Counted from the stretch's first letter, positions 18,534-27,942 are shown. The stretch is 64,000 bases of DNA from an uncultured Mesoaciditoga sp. (GCA_964433875.1 CAYSSO010000004.1:22233-86232), one strand, 5' to 3'. Program-made: numbers and translations. The notes: generated from the sequence alone by a model not told the origin.

Positions 18534-19576
18534 AGGTTGGAATATACGGCGCGCCTTATTCGGGGAAGACAACTGTCTTTAGATTGCTTGTTGGAAATCA
18601 ATTGGATAATGTTGGCATTGCGAAGATTCACGACGAAAGGATAGATTTTCTTTCCAAGATGTTCAATCCAAAAAAGACCACATACGCGACGATCGAACTT
18701 GTTGATCTGCCAGGCCTTTCGCCTGATTTATCTAGAAAAGATAAGAATCAGATATTGATGAAGATTCAAAATGTCGACGCAATTCTATGGGTAATAAGGG
18801 CTTTTGAAGATGAATCTGTGCCATCTTATTTTAATGATCCGGCAAAAGAATGCGAATATTTGAGGGATGAGTTGCTCGTAAGAGACCTTGAAATAGCCGA
18901 ATCCAACGTCGAAAAATTGAAAAATGCTAAAAGGAAATTGTCTCCAAATGAAGAACTTCAACTTAAGGCGCTTGAGAAATCTTTGAATGCTCTAAATGAG
19001 GGAAGGTTCGTAAAACTCGCCGATTTAAATGAAGAGGAAAAAAGAATTTTGAATTCTTTCTCTTTTTTTACACTTCTTGAATCCGTTATCGTGGTCAATC
19101 TTGATGAGAAATCCTTCAGATCGCACGATTATAAAGGGAAAGATGGAATTAAGAAAATAGCGGATGAAAATAATTTCGCCATGATCGAAGTTTGTGGAAA
19201 ACTCGAGATGGAGATAAATGAACTTGAAGAGAATGAAAGGTACGAGTTTTTAAGAGACCTTGGCCTTACGGAGAGCGGAATTGAAAGACTTTCAAAGGTA
19301 CTTTATTCAAGCCTTGGCCTTATTTCTTTCTTTACGGCTGGAGAGGATGAGGTAAGGGCATGGACTATAAAACGCGGGACAACATTTAAAGAGGCTGCCG
19401 GAAAGATCCATACCGACCTTGAAAGAGGGTTTATAAGGGCCGAGGTTGTAAAGTTCGACGATCTCAAGAAATTTGGATCGATGAAGGAAATAAAGGCAAA
19501 TGGACTTATGAAACTTGAAGGCAAGGATTCGATAGTCGAAGATGGGGATATTGTGAATGTGAGGTTTAGCGTGTGA
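18530..19576 (+). CDS. ychF: ribosome-binding ATPase YchF
   Basis: P-loop GAPYSGKTT, then ELVDLPGL. The C-terminal FFTAGEDEVRAWTIKRGTTFKEAAGKIHTDLERGFIRAEVV...DGDIVNVRFSV is the YchF/DUF933 signature. Confidence 0.85.
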   Translation: MKVGIYGAPYSGKTTVFRLLVGNQLDNVGIAKIHDERIDFLSKMFNPKKTTYATIELVDLPGLSPDLSRKDKNQILMKIQNVDAILWVIRAFEDESVPSYFNDPAKECEYLRDELLVRDLEIAESNVEKLKNAKRKLSPNEELQLKALEKSLNALNEGRFVKLADLNEEEKRILNSFSFFTLLESVIVVNLDEKSFRSHDYKGKDGIKKIADENNFAMIEVCGKLEMEINELEENERYEFLRDLGLTESGIERLSKVLYSSLGLISFFTAGEDEVRAWTIKRGTTFKEAAGKIHTDLERGFIRAEVVKFDDLKKFGSMKEIKANGLMKLEGKDSIVEDGDIVNVRFSV

Positions 19577-20016
19577 TCCTTTCGGCAATTCTTGCAGGCG
19601 TTTTTTTGTACTTTGCCATATCTTTTTTTCACTTTGAGTGGACTGTATGGATCGTTTTTGTAGTTGCCGAGATACTGTCGCTCTTATTTCATAAAGGAAT
19701 CCATTTTAGGACTTCTCAGATGACCTTTATCTTCCTCTACCTTATAATCTTTTTGCTCTGGGCAAAGGAGGGCATTTCTTTTGCTCCTCAATTCATCTAT
19801 CTTTTGAGTTTTGCCGTCGTATCCTTTGTACTTTCCGATCTCTTCTTGAAGTTGTTTTTTAAAATATCCGGCTGGACTTTGGTCGGCATTACGGTATCAT
19901 TGCTCATGTACGAAAGATTTGGTTCTATTATTTTGGCCATCGTTGTTGGCCTTATTGTAATTCCAATAGCATTAAGGGATCGAGAACGTGCCGGAGATAA
20001 AAATAGATCAGCCTAA
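19573..20016 (+). CDS. hypothetical integral membrane protein
   Basis: 147 aa with 4-5 hydrophobic helices and a basic tail. The GTG start overlaps the ychF stop by 4 nt. I recognise no motif. Confidence 0.5.
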   Translation: MILSAILAGVFLYFAISFFHFEWTVWIVFVVAEILSLLFHKGIHFRTSQMTFIFLYLIIFLLWAKEGISFAPQFIYLLSFAVVSFVLSDLFLKLFFKISGWTLVGITVSLLMYERFGSIILAIVVGLIVIPIALRDRERAGDKNRSA

Positions 20017-21010
20017 ATTCAAAAGGTTCGTAAGGATTTTCGACAGGGTAAGCGGAACAATAGAGCCTTCGATGAGAAGGGCATATTTTTACACAAATCT
20101 CTCGACACTTATGGCCTACGGCACAGACGGATGCCTCTCAGTCGATCTTGAACTTGGATCTATCGAGCCATTTGACGGATTTTACACTGTTCCTCTCGAC
20201 GATTTAAAGTTGCTTTTAAGAGAAAAGAGCGGAGAGGTAAGGATGAAGTTCGGATCTAATCTTCAAATCTCAAGCGGGGCGGAGATAATATCTATCCTCC
20301 ATCCATTTGTTTCAAATCCGAGAAGGTTAGATCCCATCGAGACGGAAGATAGGATATACGCGTCTCAATTGAAAAGGGTACTTGATCTTGGAAGTATAAT
20401 CTCGAGAGAAGGTCAGATGATCTTTGTTGGAGCGACAGAAAAGTTTATCTGTGCCAGCCAAGATTACGGCCATACGGGCATAGGTTTTACCGAATTCAAA
20501 GGTAGACCATTTTCTGTAGAGATTCCTTACGAGAGCGTGAGACATCTTGTAAAGGCTCTCGATGCGATAAGAGAAGACAGGCTCGAGATCGGATATTCAA
20601 ATAGAATCGGGATAAAATTCTCAGATGGAGTGTTGTCGATCTGTTCAACTCCTTCCGATACAGGCAAAATAAATGAATTTCTTAACTTTGAAGCGGGTGA
20701 TTTTGAGATCCCAACAAAAGCGTTAAAAGATGGATCAACATTTGCGGCGAGATTTCAAAGAAGAAATGGAGGAAGGGGATATTTAGAACTTTCAGACACG
20801 ATGAAATTCATCGTCATCTCATCCATTTCAGCGTACGAATACAATTACCCCATCGAGTGGGGTAAGATGATAAGGGTGGCCATAAGCCCTATGAAGTTCC
20901 AAAGGTTTTTTTCGCGCTTAAATGAAAAGTACGTAAAGGTCGGTATCAATCACGAATATCTTGTCTTTAAAGGTCTTCAATCTCTCATGATTGTCAGGAT
21001 CGAAAAATGA
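19988..21010 (+). CDS. hypothetical protein, possibly beta-clamp (DnaN)-like three-domain fold
   Basis: 340 aa. GTG start preceded by AAGGGA, overlapping the upstream ORF by 29 nt. The similarity to the DnaN layout is by eye only (AYGTDGCLSV, FYTVPLDDLKLLL, FICASQDYG, RVAISPMKFQRFF). There is no strong family motif. Confidence 0.3.
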   Translation: MPEIKIDQPKFKRFVRIFDRVSGTIEPSMRRAYFYTNLSTLMAYGTDGCLSVDLELGSIEPFDGFYTVPLDDLKLLLREKSGEVRMKFGSNLQISSGAEIISILHPFVSNPRRLDPIETEDRIYASQLKRVLDLGSIISREGQMIFVGATEKFICASQDYGHTGIGFTEFKGRPFSVEIPYESVRHLVKALDAIREDRLEIGYSNRIGIKFSDGVLSICSTPSDTGKINEFLNFEAGDFEIPTKALKDGSTFAARFQRRNGGRGYLELSDTMKFIVISSISAYEYNYPIEWGKMIRVAISPMKFQRFFSRLNEKYVKVGINHEYLVFKGLQSLMIVRIEK

Positions 21011-21011
21011 T

Positions 21012-21359
21012 TTATTCTTCGTATTTCCTTACCTCTTCTAAGGTTTCAACGGCTCTTCTCAGATGTGGGATGACTATCGATCCTCCAACGATAAGACCAA
21101 CATCGAAGGCCTCGAAGATCTCGGCATCGCTCAATCCTTCCTTTACACATTCGATTATATGATAAGTTATACAATCATCGCATCTTAAAACCATAGAAGC
21201 GACAAGGCCAAGGAGTTCTTTTGTCTTTTTAGGAAGGGCGCCATTTTCGTACACGGCAGAGTCGAGATTAAAAAATCTTTTTGTTGAGATCGTTCCCTGA
21301 TTCAAGATCTTTTCATTCATCTTTTGACGGTAAATTTTGAACTCTTCGAGTTTTGACAT
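21012..21359 (-). CDS. carboxymuconolactone decarboxylase / AhpD-like family protein
   Basis: About 115 aa with LGLVASMVLRCDDCITYH (AhpD-core CxxC...H). I chose ATG 21359, preceded by AGAGGTG. The track's GTG start lies inside that SD. Confidence 0.75.
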   Translation of the reverse strand: MSKLEEFKIYRQKMNEKILNQGTISTKRFFNLDSAVYENGALPKKTKELLGLVASMVLRCDDCITYHIIECVKEGLSDAEIFEAFDVGLIVGGSIVIPHLRRAVETLEEVRKYEE

Positions 21360-21406
21360 CTGTATCACCTCTTTTAAAAAGCCAATACCATTGCAATTGG
21401 TTTTAG

Positions 21407-21430
21407 AGAGGACAGGATATCCTGTCCTCT
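21407..21430. repeat. perfect 24-bp palindrome directly after the rnfB stop
   Basis: AGAGGACAGGAT|ATCCTGTCCTCT. On the minus strand it is not followed by a U-run. A second hairpin, ccaat-N9-attgg plus CTTTTT (about 21381-21404), follows before the AhpD-like gene. Confidence 0.6.
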
Positions 21431-21433
21431 TAA

Positions 21434-21745
21434 TTATTTTTCATTAACTTTTTCGTTGGACACCGACATTATATCCTTTATCTTGTCGCTAACGCCGGCC
21501 TTTCTTCCCGGCACGCAAAGATCGAAAGATGCGTGTTGCTCGACTATTGCGTGCGCGTAAGCGGCACATCCTGCGTAGCCGCACATGCCGCAATTGGCGC
21601 CCGGGAGGACGTTGATTATCTCTTCAACCTTTGGATCTTCTTTGACTTCAAATTTTTTCGCGGCCACAGAAAGTGCCAGACCTATTCCAAAACCCATTAT
21701 TCCAAGTACCAAAATAGAATAAACAAATGTCATCATGTCACTCAC
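21434..21745 (-). CDS. rnfB: Rnf complex subunit B, minimal form (TM helix + single Fe-S cluster domain)
   Basis: N-terminal TM helix, then LPGANCGMCGYAGCAAYAHAIV...DLCVPG, the RnfB N-terminal Cys cluster. It is only 103 aa and has no ferredoxin-like CxxCxxCxxxCP repeats. Confidence 0.8.
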   Translation of the reverse strand: MSDMMTFVYSILVLGIMGFGIGLALSVAAKKFEVKEDPKVEEIINVLPGANCGMCGYAGCAAYAHAIVEQHASFDLCVPGRKAGVSDKIKDIMSVSNEKVNEK

Positions 21746-22332
21746 GCCTTTATCATACCGTTAAAGGCCATAAAGCCCATCGAAAGGACAAAAGCCGTTA
21801 TAAAAGCGGCTGGCATTCCTTCGAAGACAGGAGGAAGTTCGTCTATGCTAAGTCTTTCTCTTATAGATGCGAAGAGAATAATCGCAAGGGCATAGCCGAG
21901 CGCAGAACCGACTGTGTTGAAGACTGTTTGAAGAAAATCGTAATTCTGGTTCAAATTCAAAAGCACAACTCCAAGGACGGCGCAGTTCGTGGTTATGAGT
22001 GGAAGGTATATTCCGAGCGCATTGTAAAGTACGGGATTCGTTTTTTTAACGAAGATCTCTATGAACTGGACAAGAGCCGCTATTACAAGAACGAAAACGA
22101 GAATTTGCAAAAATTCTATGTGCCAGGCCACAAGCAGAAGGTTAAGTATCCACGCGGCAAGACCCGAGACAACCATGACGAATATAACGGCTATTGACAT
22201 TCCGACGGCCGTATCTATTTTCTGCGATACTCCAAAGAAAGAGCACATTCCGAGGAATCGGGAGAGCAAAAAGTTGTAAACTAACATCGCAGAAAACATC
22301 AAAGCAAATAATTCACCAAAATTCGCGCTCAT
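21742..22332 (-). CDS. rnfA: Rnf complex subunit A
   Basis: 196-aa polytopic membrane protein of the RnfA/NqrE type (LGICPFLGVS-like SRFLGMCSFFGVS). It sits between rnfE and rnfB with 4-nt overlaps. Confidence 0.85.
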   Translation of the reverse strand: MSANFGELFALMFSAMLVYNFLLSRFLGMCSFFGVSQKIDTAVGMSIAVIFVMVVSGLAAWILNLLLVAWHIEFLQILVFVLVIAALVQFIEIFVKKTNPVLYNALGIYLPLITTNCAVLGVVLLNLNQNYDFLQTVFNTVGSALGYALAIILFASIRERLSIDELPPVFEGMPAAFITAFVLSMGFMAFNGMIKA

Positions 22333-22967
22333 TTATTTTCACTTCCTTGCGGTTTTCTTTCACTTCTTATTTTCCCTATATATCTGAACAATCCCATGTA
22401 AAGCCCTATGACAAGGAATGCTCCCGGAGGAAGCGCCACGACAAAAACATTGTAGGCCTCAGGCCATATTCTGTACCCAAAAATAGTGCCGGCATCAAAT
22501 AATTCTCTTGTTATTCCTATAAGCATTATGGCACCGAGAAAGCCTATGCCCATACCAAGCCCATCGAGGAATGATTGCCATGGACCGTGCTTGGATGCGA
22601 AGGCCTCGGCACGCCCGAGTGGAATACAGTTAACGACTATCAAAGGTATGTATATTCCAAGGCTTACCCACAAACTATAAGTATAACCGTGCATCAAAAG
22701 GTTTACCATCGTGACAAATGCGGCTATTATTGATATGTATACGGGTATTCTTATTTGATTGGGAATAACATTTCTTACGAATGAGATGAACAAATTCGAG
22801 ATCGCGAGGACTCCGAGTGTTGCCAATCCCATGCCAAGCGCGTTTTCAGCACTTGTCGAAACGGCAAGCACGGGACACATTCCGAGCACTTGAACAAATG
22901 TCGGATTTTGTTTTATCCATCCAGCCGTTAAAACGGCCCAGTCTGAAAGTTTGTTTTCGGCCATCAC
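22329..22967 (-). CDS. rnfE: Rnf complex subunit E
   Basis: 212 aa. NPTFVQVLGMCPVLAVSTS is typical of RnfE/NqrD. ATGA overlap with rnfG. Confidence 0.85.
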   Translation of the reverse strand: MMAENKLSDWAVLTAGWIKQNPTFVQVLGMCPVLAVSTSAENALGMGLATLGVLAISNLFISFVRNVIPNQIRIPVYISIIAAFVTMVNLLMHGYTYSLWVSLGIYIPLIVVNCIPLGRAEAFASKHGPWQSFLDGLGMGIGFLGAIMLIGITRELFDAGTIFGYRIWPEAYNVFVVALPPGAFLVIGLYMGLFRYIGKIRSERKPQGSENK

Positions 22968-23683
22968 TTTGCCTCCTTTTCAAGAAATTCATACATGGCA
23001 TTCAATGTATTCGCAACAGATCTTGGGGTTATCGTCGCTCCGGTCATAACATCGCTTGTGACTACAATTCCTTCTTTTTTGTAGTTTGGAATTTCAGATT
23101 TGTAATTTGCCGGTAACGGGAAAAGATCTGCGTCTTTGTTTACTTTTATGCCATCTTTGAAACCTGAATTCGGTATGTCAAAAAATCTGCTTCTGACATC
23201 CGGATCGTTTATCTTTGCTCCAAGGCCTGGTGTCTCATTCGAATAATCTATTACATCTATGGCATTTTCAAAGAATCCTCCGTTTTTTTGCTGGATAAAA
23301 GATGCGACGGTTACAACCCTCCCACCAAAGCCTATACCGTAACCTGTTAAGACGTAGATGTTGCTTCCGTCCTTTCCCTTAAAAAGGTAAGCGGGAGAAA
23401 GGACATAGCCGGGTAATTTGGGATTGGAGTAGAGTACGCCAGAAGAGTTTGATTTCCATATCTTAGCGTTAAGTTCAGCCATAGTTTGGGGAATCTGGCT
23501 TTGACTGACAAGCAACTGTCCCGTCGTCTGATCTGTAAGCACAAACTTTATAGCCTCAAACTTGGCGTTCAAATCGGCCTTTGCAATAGGTGCGTATGTC
23601 ATGAGATAAATGCCAGCCAGACCGACTCCTATTATGACCATTACAAGTGTAAGGATTAAGGCAATTTTAACGTGGTTAGACAT
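22964..23683 (-). CDS. rnfG: Rnf complex subunit G (FMN-binding)
   Basis: N-terminal anchor helix. C-terminal SDVMTGATITPRSV is the (S/T)GAT covalent-FMN site. Confidence 0.85.
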   Translation of the reverse strand: MSNHVKIALILTLVMVIIGVGLAGIYLMTYAPIAKADLNAKFEAIKFVLTDQTTGQLLVSQSQIPQTMAELNAKIWKSNSSGVLYSNPKLPGYVLSPAYLFKGKDGSNIYVLTGYGIGFGGRVVTVASFIQQKNGGFFENAIDVIDYSNETPGLGAKINDPDVRSRFFDIPNSGFKDGIKVNKDADLFPLPANYKSEIPNYKKEGIVVTSDVMTGATITPRSVANTLNAMYEFLEKEAK

Positions 23684-24665
23684 TTTCTTTCACCGTCCCG
23701 AAGACTCTTCTTTTGGTAAACTGGTTTATGAATGGTACAAGTGCGTTCATAAGAATTATGGCAAAATTGACGCCTTCAGGATACGCCCCAATGTATCTTA
23801 TAAGTACGGTTATAACGCCAGCACCTATTCCAAAGATCCATTTCCCTCGCGGTGTGACAGGGCTTGTAACGGGATCTGTTGCCATAAAGAGAGCACCTAA
23901 CATTAAACCACCAACCATTATCGAAGTTAAAGGATCGTAATAAGCCGAAGGATTGGCAAGCCAGAAGATGGCGGAAAGCACAAAGGTTGTTCCTATGTAT
24001 GCAACGGGTATTTCGTATGAAACGATTTTTCTCCACCACAGATAAAGGAAACCTATTATCAAAAGCAAAGCACTCGTCTCACCGGCGGAACCTGGAATTA
24101 TCCCAAGAAATGATGTCCATGTTAGATTATGAAAAAGTTGTGTTGCGGCGGCGACTCCGTGCAATTTTGCCTCTCCTAAAGGAGTCGCAGTGGTGGCCAC
24201 ATCGTACGCCGGAGTCCAGAAGTGAAGCCAGTTGACTTGCGGCCACGTTATCATTGCAACTGGAAAGGAGATGTACATGAAAAGACGTCCCACCAGTGCT
24301 GGATTGAAGGGATTATTTCCTATGCCTCCGAATATTTCCTTTCCTATGATTATCGCGACTAAAATACCCGTGGCCATCGTCCACCATGATATACCGGCCG
24401 GGACGTTGAAAACAAGCAAAAGCGCTGTAACGGAAGCAGAGAGATCGGGAACAAAATCCTTCTTTTTTCTGAAAACTCTCATGACAAAAAATTCGAGAAA
24501 TTCTGCAAAAGCCATGGATCCAATCTCTAAAAGTAGCATGTACCATCCCCACATCAAAACTGCCAAGATGGCTGCCGGAGTTAGGGCTATGAGAACATCT
24601 AACATTATCCTTCTTGTCGATATATTGTCGTGAATGTGGGGAGCCGGTCCTGTGAGTAATTTCAT
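23676..24665 (-). CDS. rnfD: Rnf complex subunit D
   Basis: Polytopic protein with GPAPHIH near the N-terminus and FMATDPVTSP. I chose ATG 24665, preceded by AGGAGA, which lies 4 nt after the rnfC stop. Confidence 0.85.
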   Translation of the reverse strand: MKLLTGPAPHIHDNISTRRIMLDVLIALTPAAILAVLMWGWYMLLLEIGSMAFAEFLEFFVMRVFRKKKDFVPDLSASVTALLLVFNVPAGISWWTMATGILVAIIIGKEIFGGIGNNPFNPALVGRLFMYISFPVAMITWPQVNWLHFWTPAYDVATTATPLGEAKLHGVAAATQLFHNLTWTSFLGIIPGSAGETSALLLIIGFLYLWWRKIVSYEIPVAYIGTTFVLSAIFWLANPSAYYDPLTSIMVGGLMLGALFMATDPVTSPVTPRGKWIFGIGAGVITVLIRYIGAYPEGVNFAIILMNALVPFINQFTKRRVFGTVKENV

Positions 24666-24669
24666 AAGA

Positions 24670-25971
24670 TCATCTCCTACCAAGAGTTCTAACAACTAAT
24701 TTTGCGGTCTTAAAAGCCTTAACGTGATCTATGTTTGCAGGACACACATAGGCACACGAGCCACACTCTATGCAATCCATCAGATGCTCTTCTTTCATCT
24801 CATTGAACATCTTTTTCTTAAACATCTTGTAAAGCAGGTAAGGCTCAAGTTGTGTCGGGCATGCCTCAACGCATCTATAACACCTTATACAATTAGTTTC
24901 CGCGTCTTTTTTCACAATACCTTCAGGCAAAAAGGTTATTCCAGATGTACCTTTCGAGATCCCTATCTGAATGGAGTCTACGGAGACACCCGTCATCGGG
25001 CCACCGAGTATGACGCGGCCGCTTTCCGTATTCACTTCTGCGTAATCTAAAAGATCGGAGATAGGCGTTCCTATCCTTGCGAAAACATTCTTTTGATTTT
25101 TTACGCCTTCCCCTGTTAAGGTTAGACCTCTTTCTATAAGCGGTTCTCCAAATTCAAGTGCGCGATAAATTGCCCTTGCAGTCGAAACATTATCCACGAC
25201 AACGCCCACATCCATTGGGAGGCCGCCGGATGGTACCTGCTTTTTTGTTATGGCATAGATAAGATGTTTTTCCGATCCCTGAGGATATTTCGTTGGAAGC
25301 GCAACAACCTCGATTCCAAAAGCATTTCCGGCTTTTTTCATACTCTCGATGGCGTCGGGTTTGTTCTCTTCAATGCCTACGAAGATCTTCGTTGCCCCGA
25401 CAGATTTTGCAATGGCAACGCCGCCTTTACATATCTCTTCGGCATATTCAACCATCATGCGCTGATCTATCGTCAGATATGGCTCGCATTCGGCACCGTT
25501 CAGGATAACGGTATCTACTTTTTTTGAGGGTGAAAGTTTAACGTGCGTTGGGAAGGTTGCACCTCCAAGGCCTACGATGCCAGCCTCGGCGACCCTTTTT
25601 TTGATCTCTTCAGGGGTATATTCGGTGTAGGGCTTGGCGCTTAACTTTACCCACTCATCTTCTGCCGTTCTCTCGATGACAACGACGTCTGCCGGCCTTC
25701 CGGTAACTGGATGTTTTTCTTTTTTTATCTCAATTACCTTTCCTGTTACTGGTGAATGAAGAGGAACAGAAACGAAACCGTCTGCCTCCGCTATTTTTTG
25801 GCCGGTCTTCACCTCACTTCCGACCTGAACAATTAGTTTCGGAGGGTTGCCAGAGTTTTGGGCCACAAATATGGAATATCTCTTTGATGGTTTTAGATTC
25901 TCAATCTTGGAATCTTTTGCCAGTTTTTTGGTGGGAGGATGGATTCCTCCTTTAAATCTCCAGACCAACAA
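24670..25971 (-). CDS. rnfC: Rnf complex subunit C
   Basis: GLGGATFPTHVK (NADH/FMN module) plus two 4Fe-4S motifs, CIRCYRCVEACP and CIECGSCAYVCP. TTG start preceded by AAGGAGA. Confidence 0.9.
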   Translation of the reverse strand: MLVWRFKGGIHPPTKKLAKDSKIENLKPSKRYSIFVAQNSGNPPKLIVQVGSEVKTGQKIAEADGFVSVPLHSPVTGKVIEIKKEKHPVTGRPADVVVIERTAEDEWVKLSAKPYTEYTPEEIKKRVAEAGIVGLGGATFPTHVKLSPSKKVDTVILNGAECEPYLTIDQRMMVEYAEEICKGGVAIAKSVGATKIFVGIEENKPDAIESMKKAGNAFGIEVVALPTKYPQGSEKHLIYAITKKQVPSGGLPMDVGVVVDNVSTARAIYRALEFGEPLIERGLTLTGEGVKNQKNVFARIGTPISDLLDYAEVNTESGRVILGGPMTGVSVDSIQIGISKGTSGITFLPEGIVKKDAETNCIRCYRCVEACPTQLEPYLLYKMFKKKMFNEMKEEHLMDCIECGSCAYVCPANIDHVKAFKTAKLVVRTLGRR

Positions 25972-25985
25972 GATCTCTCATCTCC

Positions 25986-27356
25986 TTAAATTTTAAAGGT
26001 TTTTAGATTTTTCTTTAAATCTTCGATGTGTGTCTTCTGATCTTCATATCCCTTTCTGTTCATCAAAGCGTAGGTGTTTTTCTTTCCGAGTTCGACTCCC
26101 GGCTGATCAAATGTGTTTATGTTGTACAAAAAGCCCATAGCGGTAACAAGAATCTCGTAATATCCAAAGAATCTTCCAATTTCACCTTCATCTATTGATT
26201 CAAGGGAAATAGTCAAATTTGGCCTTCCGTGTTCGAGAAGGGCAAGACCAGTGGCTTCCTGTTCGTAATTTATAAGTTCTTCGAGGCCATGGCCGCAAAG
26301 GTAAGAAAGTTCTTTTCTGTCATGATGAATTACCGGTATTTTTAAGTTTCTTCTGAATTTTTCGACTCTGAGAAATGTTATTATCTTGTCATTAGGTCCT
26401 TCCATGTAAAGTTGAACTTGAGAATGCTGATCTATAGTTCCAAGGGATTTTATAGGAGTCTGTCCGGCATGTACAGTTTCTCCCGTAAGCGATTTTTCTT
26501 TTCCAAGAGATTCGGCCCACAACTGCCTGTACCAGTCCGCGAGGGTGTAAAGCGCGTTTGAATATGGCATCATAACGGATATGGATTTGCCTTTCTGAGA
26601 ATAAAGATAATGAATGGCACTGTTTAAAAGCACTGGATTTTTAAAGGTATCATCTTCTTCTTTGAATCTGTCGAGTTCTTCCTGCGCGCCGTTTAACATC
26701 TTCCTTATATCGACGCCCAAAGCGGCGGCGCTTAGCAGGCCGACTGCTGTGAGCACGCTGAACCTTCCTCCGACATTTGGGGGTATATCGAGAACAGGGA
26801 TGTCTTCGTCTATGGCGATCTTTCTTAAGACCCCTTCGACTGGATCGGTTGTGAAGATAAGGTGATCTCTCGGATCAAGTCCTCGCGTTTCGAGAAGTCC
26901 TCTTACGATTAAATAATTACTCATCGTTTCGGCAGTCGATCCTGATTTGCTCACAACATTGAACACACTTTCGGCCGGATCGATGACATCGAGAATCGAT
27001 CCGATATGTTCCGGATCGACATTATCCATTACGAAGAATTTCGGAAGGTTATTTCTTTTTTCTCTCGGCAGACTATTCCACATGGGATGGCGAAGGGCTC
27101 CCTGAATAGCCTGATTTCCAAGGGCGGATCCACCTATACCCACAAGAACAAAATTCTCAAAATTTTTGCATCTTTCTGCCATTTTGAGAATACTGCCTAT
27201 GTGTGATTGATCGCTGAACACCTTGGCAAAGCCCGGGGGATTTTGCCTGAAATTTTCGAGAAAAGTGTGTAATCTTCCGGTTATTCCCTTTATATCTTCA
27301 TATCTGATGCCATCAGATAAGTTCTCACCAAAAGCATTGGTGAAATCGAATTTCAA
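25986..27356 (-). CDS. pgi: glucose-6-phosphate isomerase
   Basis: VGIGGSALGN, VVSKSGSTAET, IDQHSQVQLYMEG. 456 aa. TTG start preceded by GGGAGG. Confidence 0.9.
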   Translation of the reverse strand: MKFDFTNAFGENLSDGIRYEDIKGITGRLHTFLENFRQNPPGFAKVFSDQSHIGSILKMAERCKNFENFVLVGIGGSALGNQAIQGALRHPMWNSLPREKRNNLPKFFVMDNVDPEHIGSILDVIDPAESVFNVVSKSGSTAETMSNYLIVRGLLETRGLDPRDHLIFTTDPVEGVLRKIAIDEDIPVLDIPPNVGGRFSVLTAVGLLSAAALGVDIRKMLNGAQEELDRFKEEDDTFKNPVLLNSAIHYLYSQKGKSISVMMPYSNALYTLADWYRQLWAESLGKEKSLTGETVHAGQTPIKSLGTIDQHSQVQLYMEGPNDKIITFLRVEKFRRNLKIPVIHHDRKELSYLCGHGLEELINYEQEATGLALLEHGRPNLTISLESIDEGEIGRFFGYYEILVTAMGFLYNINTFDQPGVELGKKNTYALMNRKGYEDQKTHIEDLKKNLKTFKI

Positions 27357-27383
27357 AATAAATTCCTCCCTTCAAGACATAAA

Positions 27384-27899
27384 TTAATATGTCAAAAGCG
27401 TTTTAACCTCATAATTTCTAAGGTTCTTTCTCGGCTCGAGGAAAGAGAGTTCCCCAAGAAAGACCATTCCACTGACTATTCCGCCTAATTTTTCAACGAG
27501 GTGGGCCATTGCAAGGGAAGTGCCACCCGTTGCAAGTATGTCATCAATTATTACAACCCTTTCATTTGGATCTATTGCATCGACGTGCATTTCAATTTTT
27601 GATTTGGCATACTCAAGGTAATATTCTTCGTTTATTGTGAAATAAGGCAATTTGCCCGGTTTTCTTATTGGGACGAAACCCGCTTTCAGATTGTAAGCGA
27701 TGGGAGCCGCGAAAATAAAGCCGCGCGCTTCTGCAGCGACGATCTTTTGAGGATTGAATTGTGCGGCCAGTTTAGACATTTCTTCTATGGCAAATGCAAA
27801 AGCCTCCGGATCTTTCAAAAGAGGAGTTATGTCCTTAAAAACAACTCCTTCTTTTGGAAAATTCTGTATATCACGTATGTAAGATTTAAGTTCTATCAA
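27384..27899 (-). CDS. apt: adenine phosphoribosyltransferase
   Basis: 171 aa. FKDITPLL, and PRPP loop VVIIDDILATGGT. TTG start preceded by GGGAGG. Confidence 0.9.
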   Translation of the reverse strand: MIELKSYIRDIQNFPKEGVVFKDITPLLKDPEAFAFAIEEMSKLAAQFNPQKIVAAEARGFIFAAPIAYNLKAGFVPIRKPGKLPYFTINEEYYLEYAKSKIEMHVDAIDPNERVVIIDDILATGGTSLAMAHLVEKLGGIVSGMVFLGELSFLEPRKNLRNYEVKTLLTY

Positions 27900-27942
27900 A
27901 GTTTACACTTCCTCCCGATCGAATTTGCACATGAAATATGAT

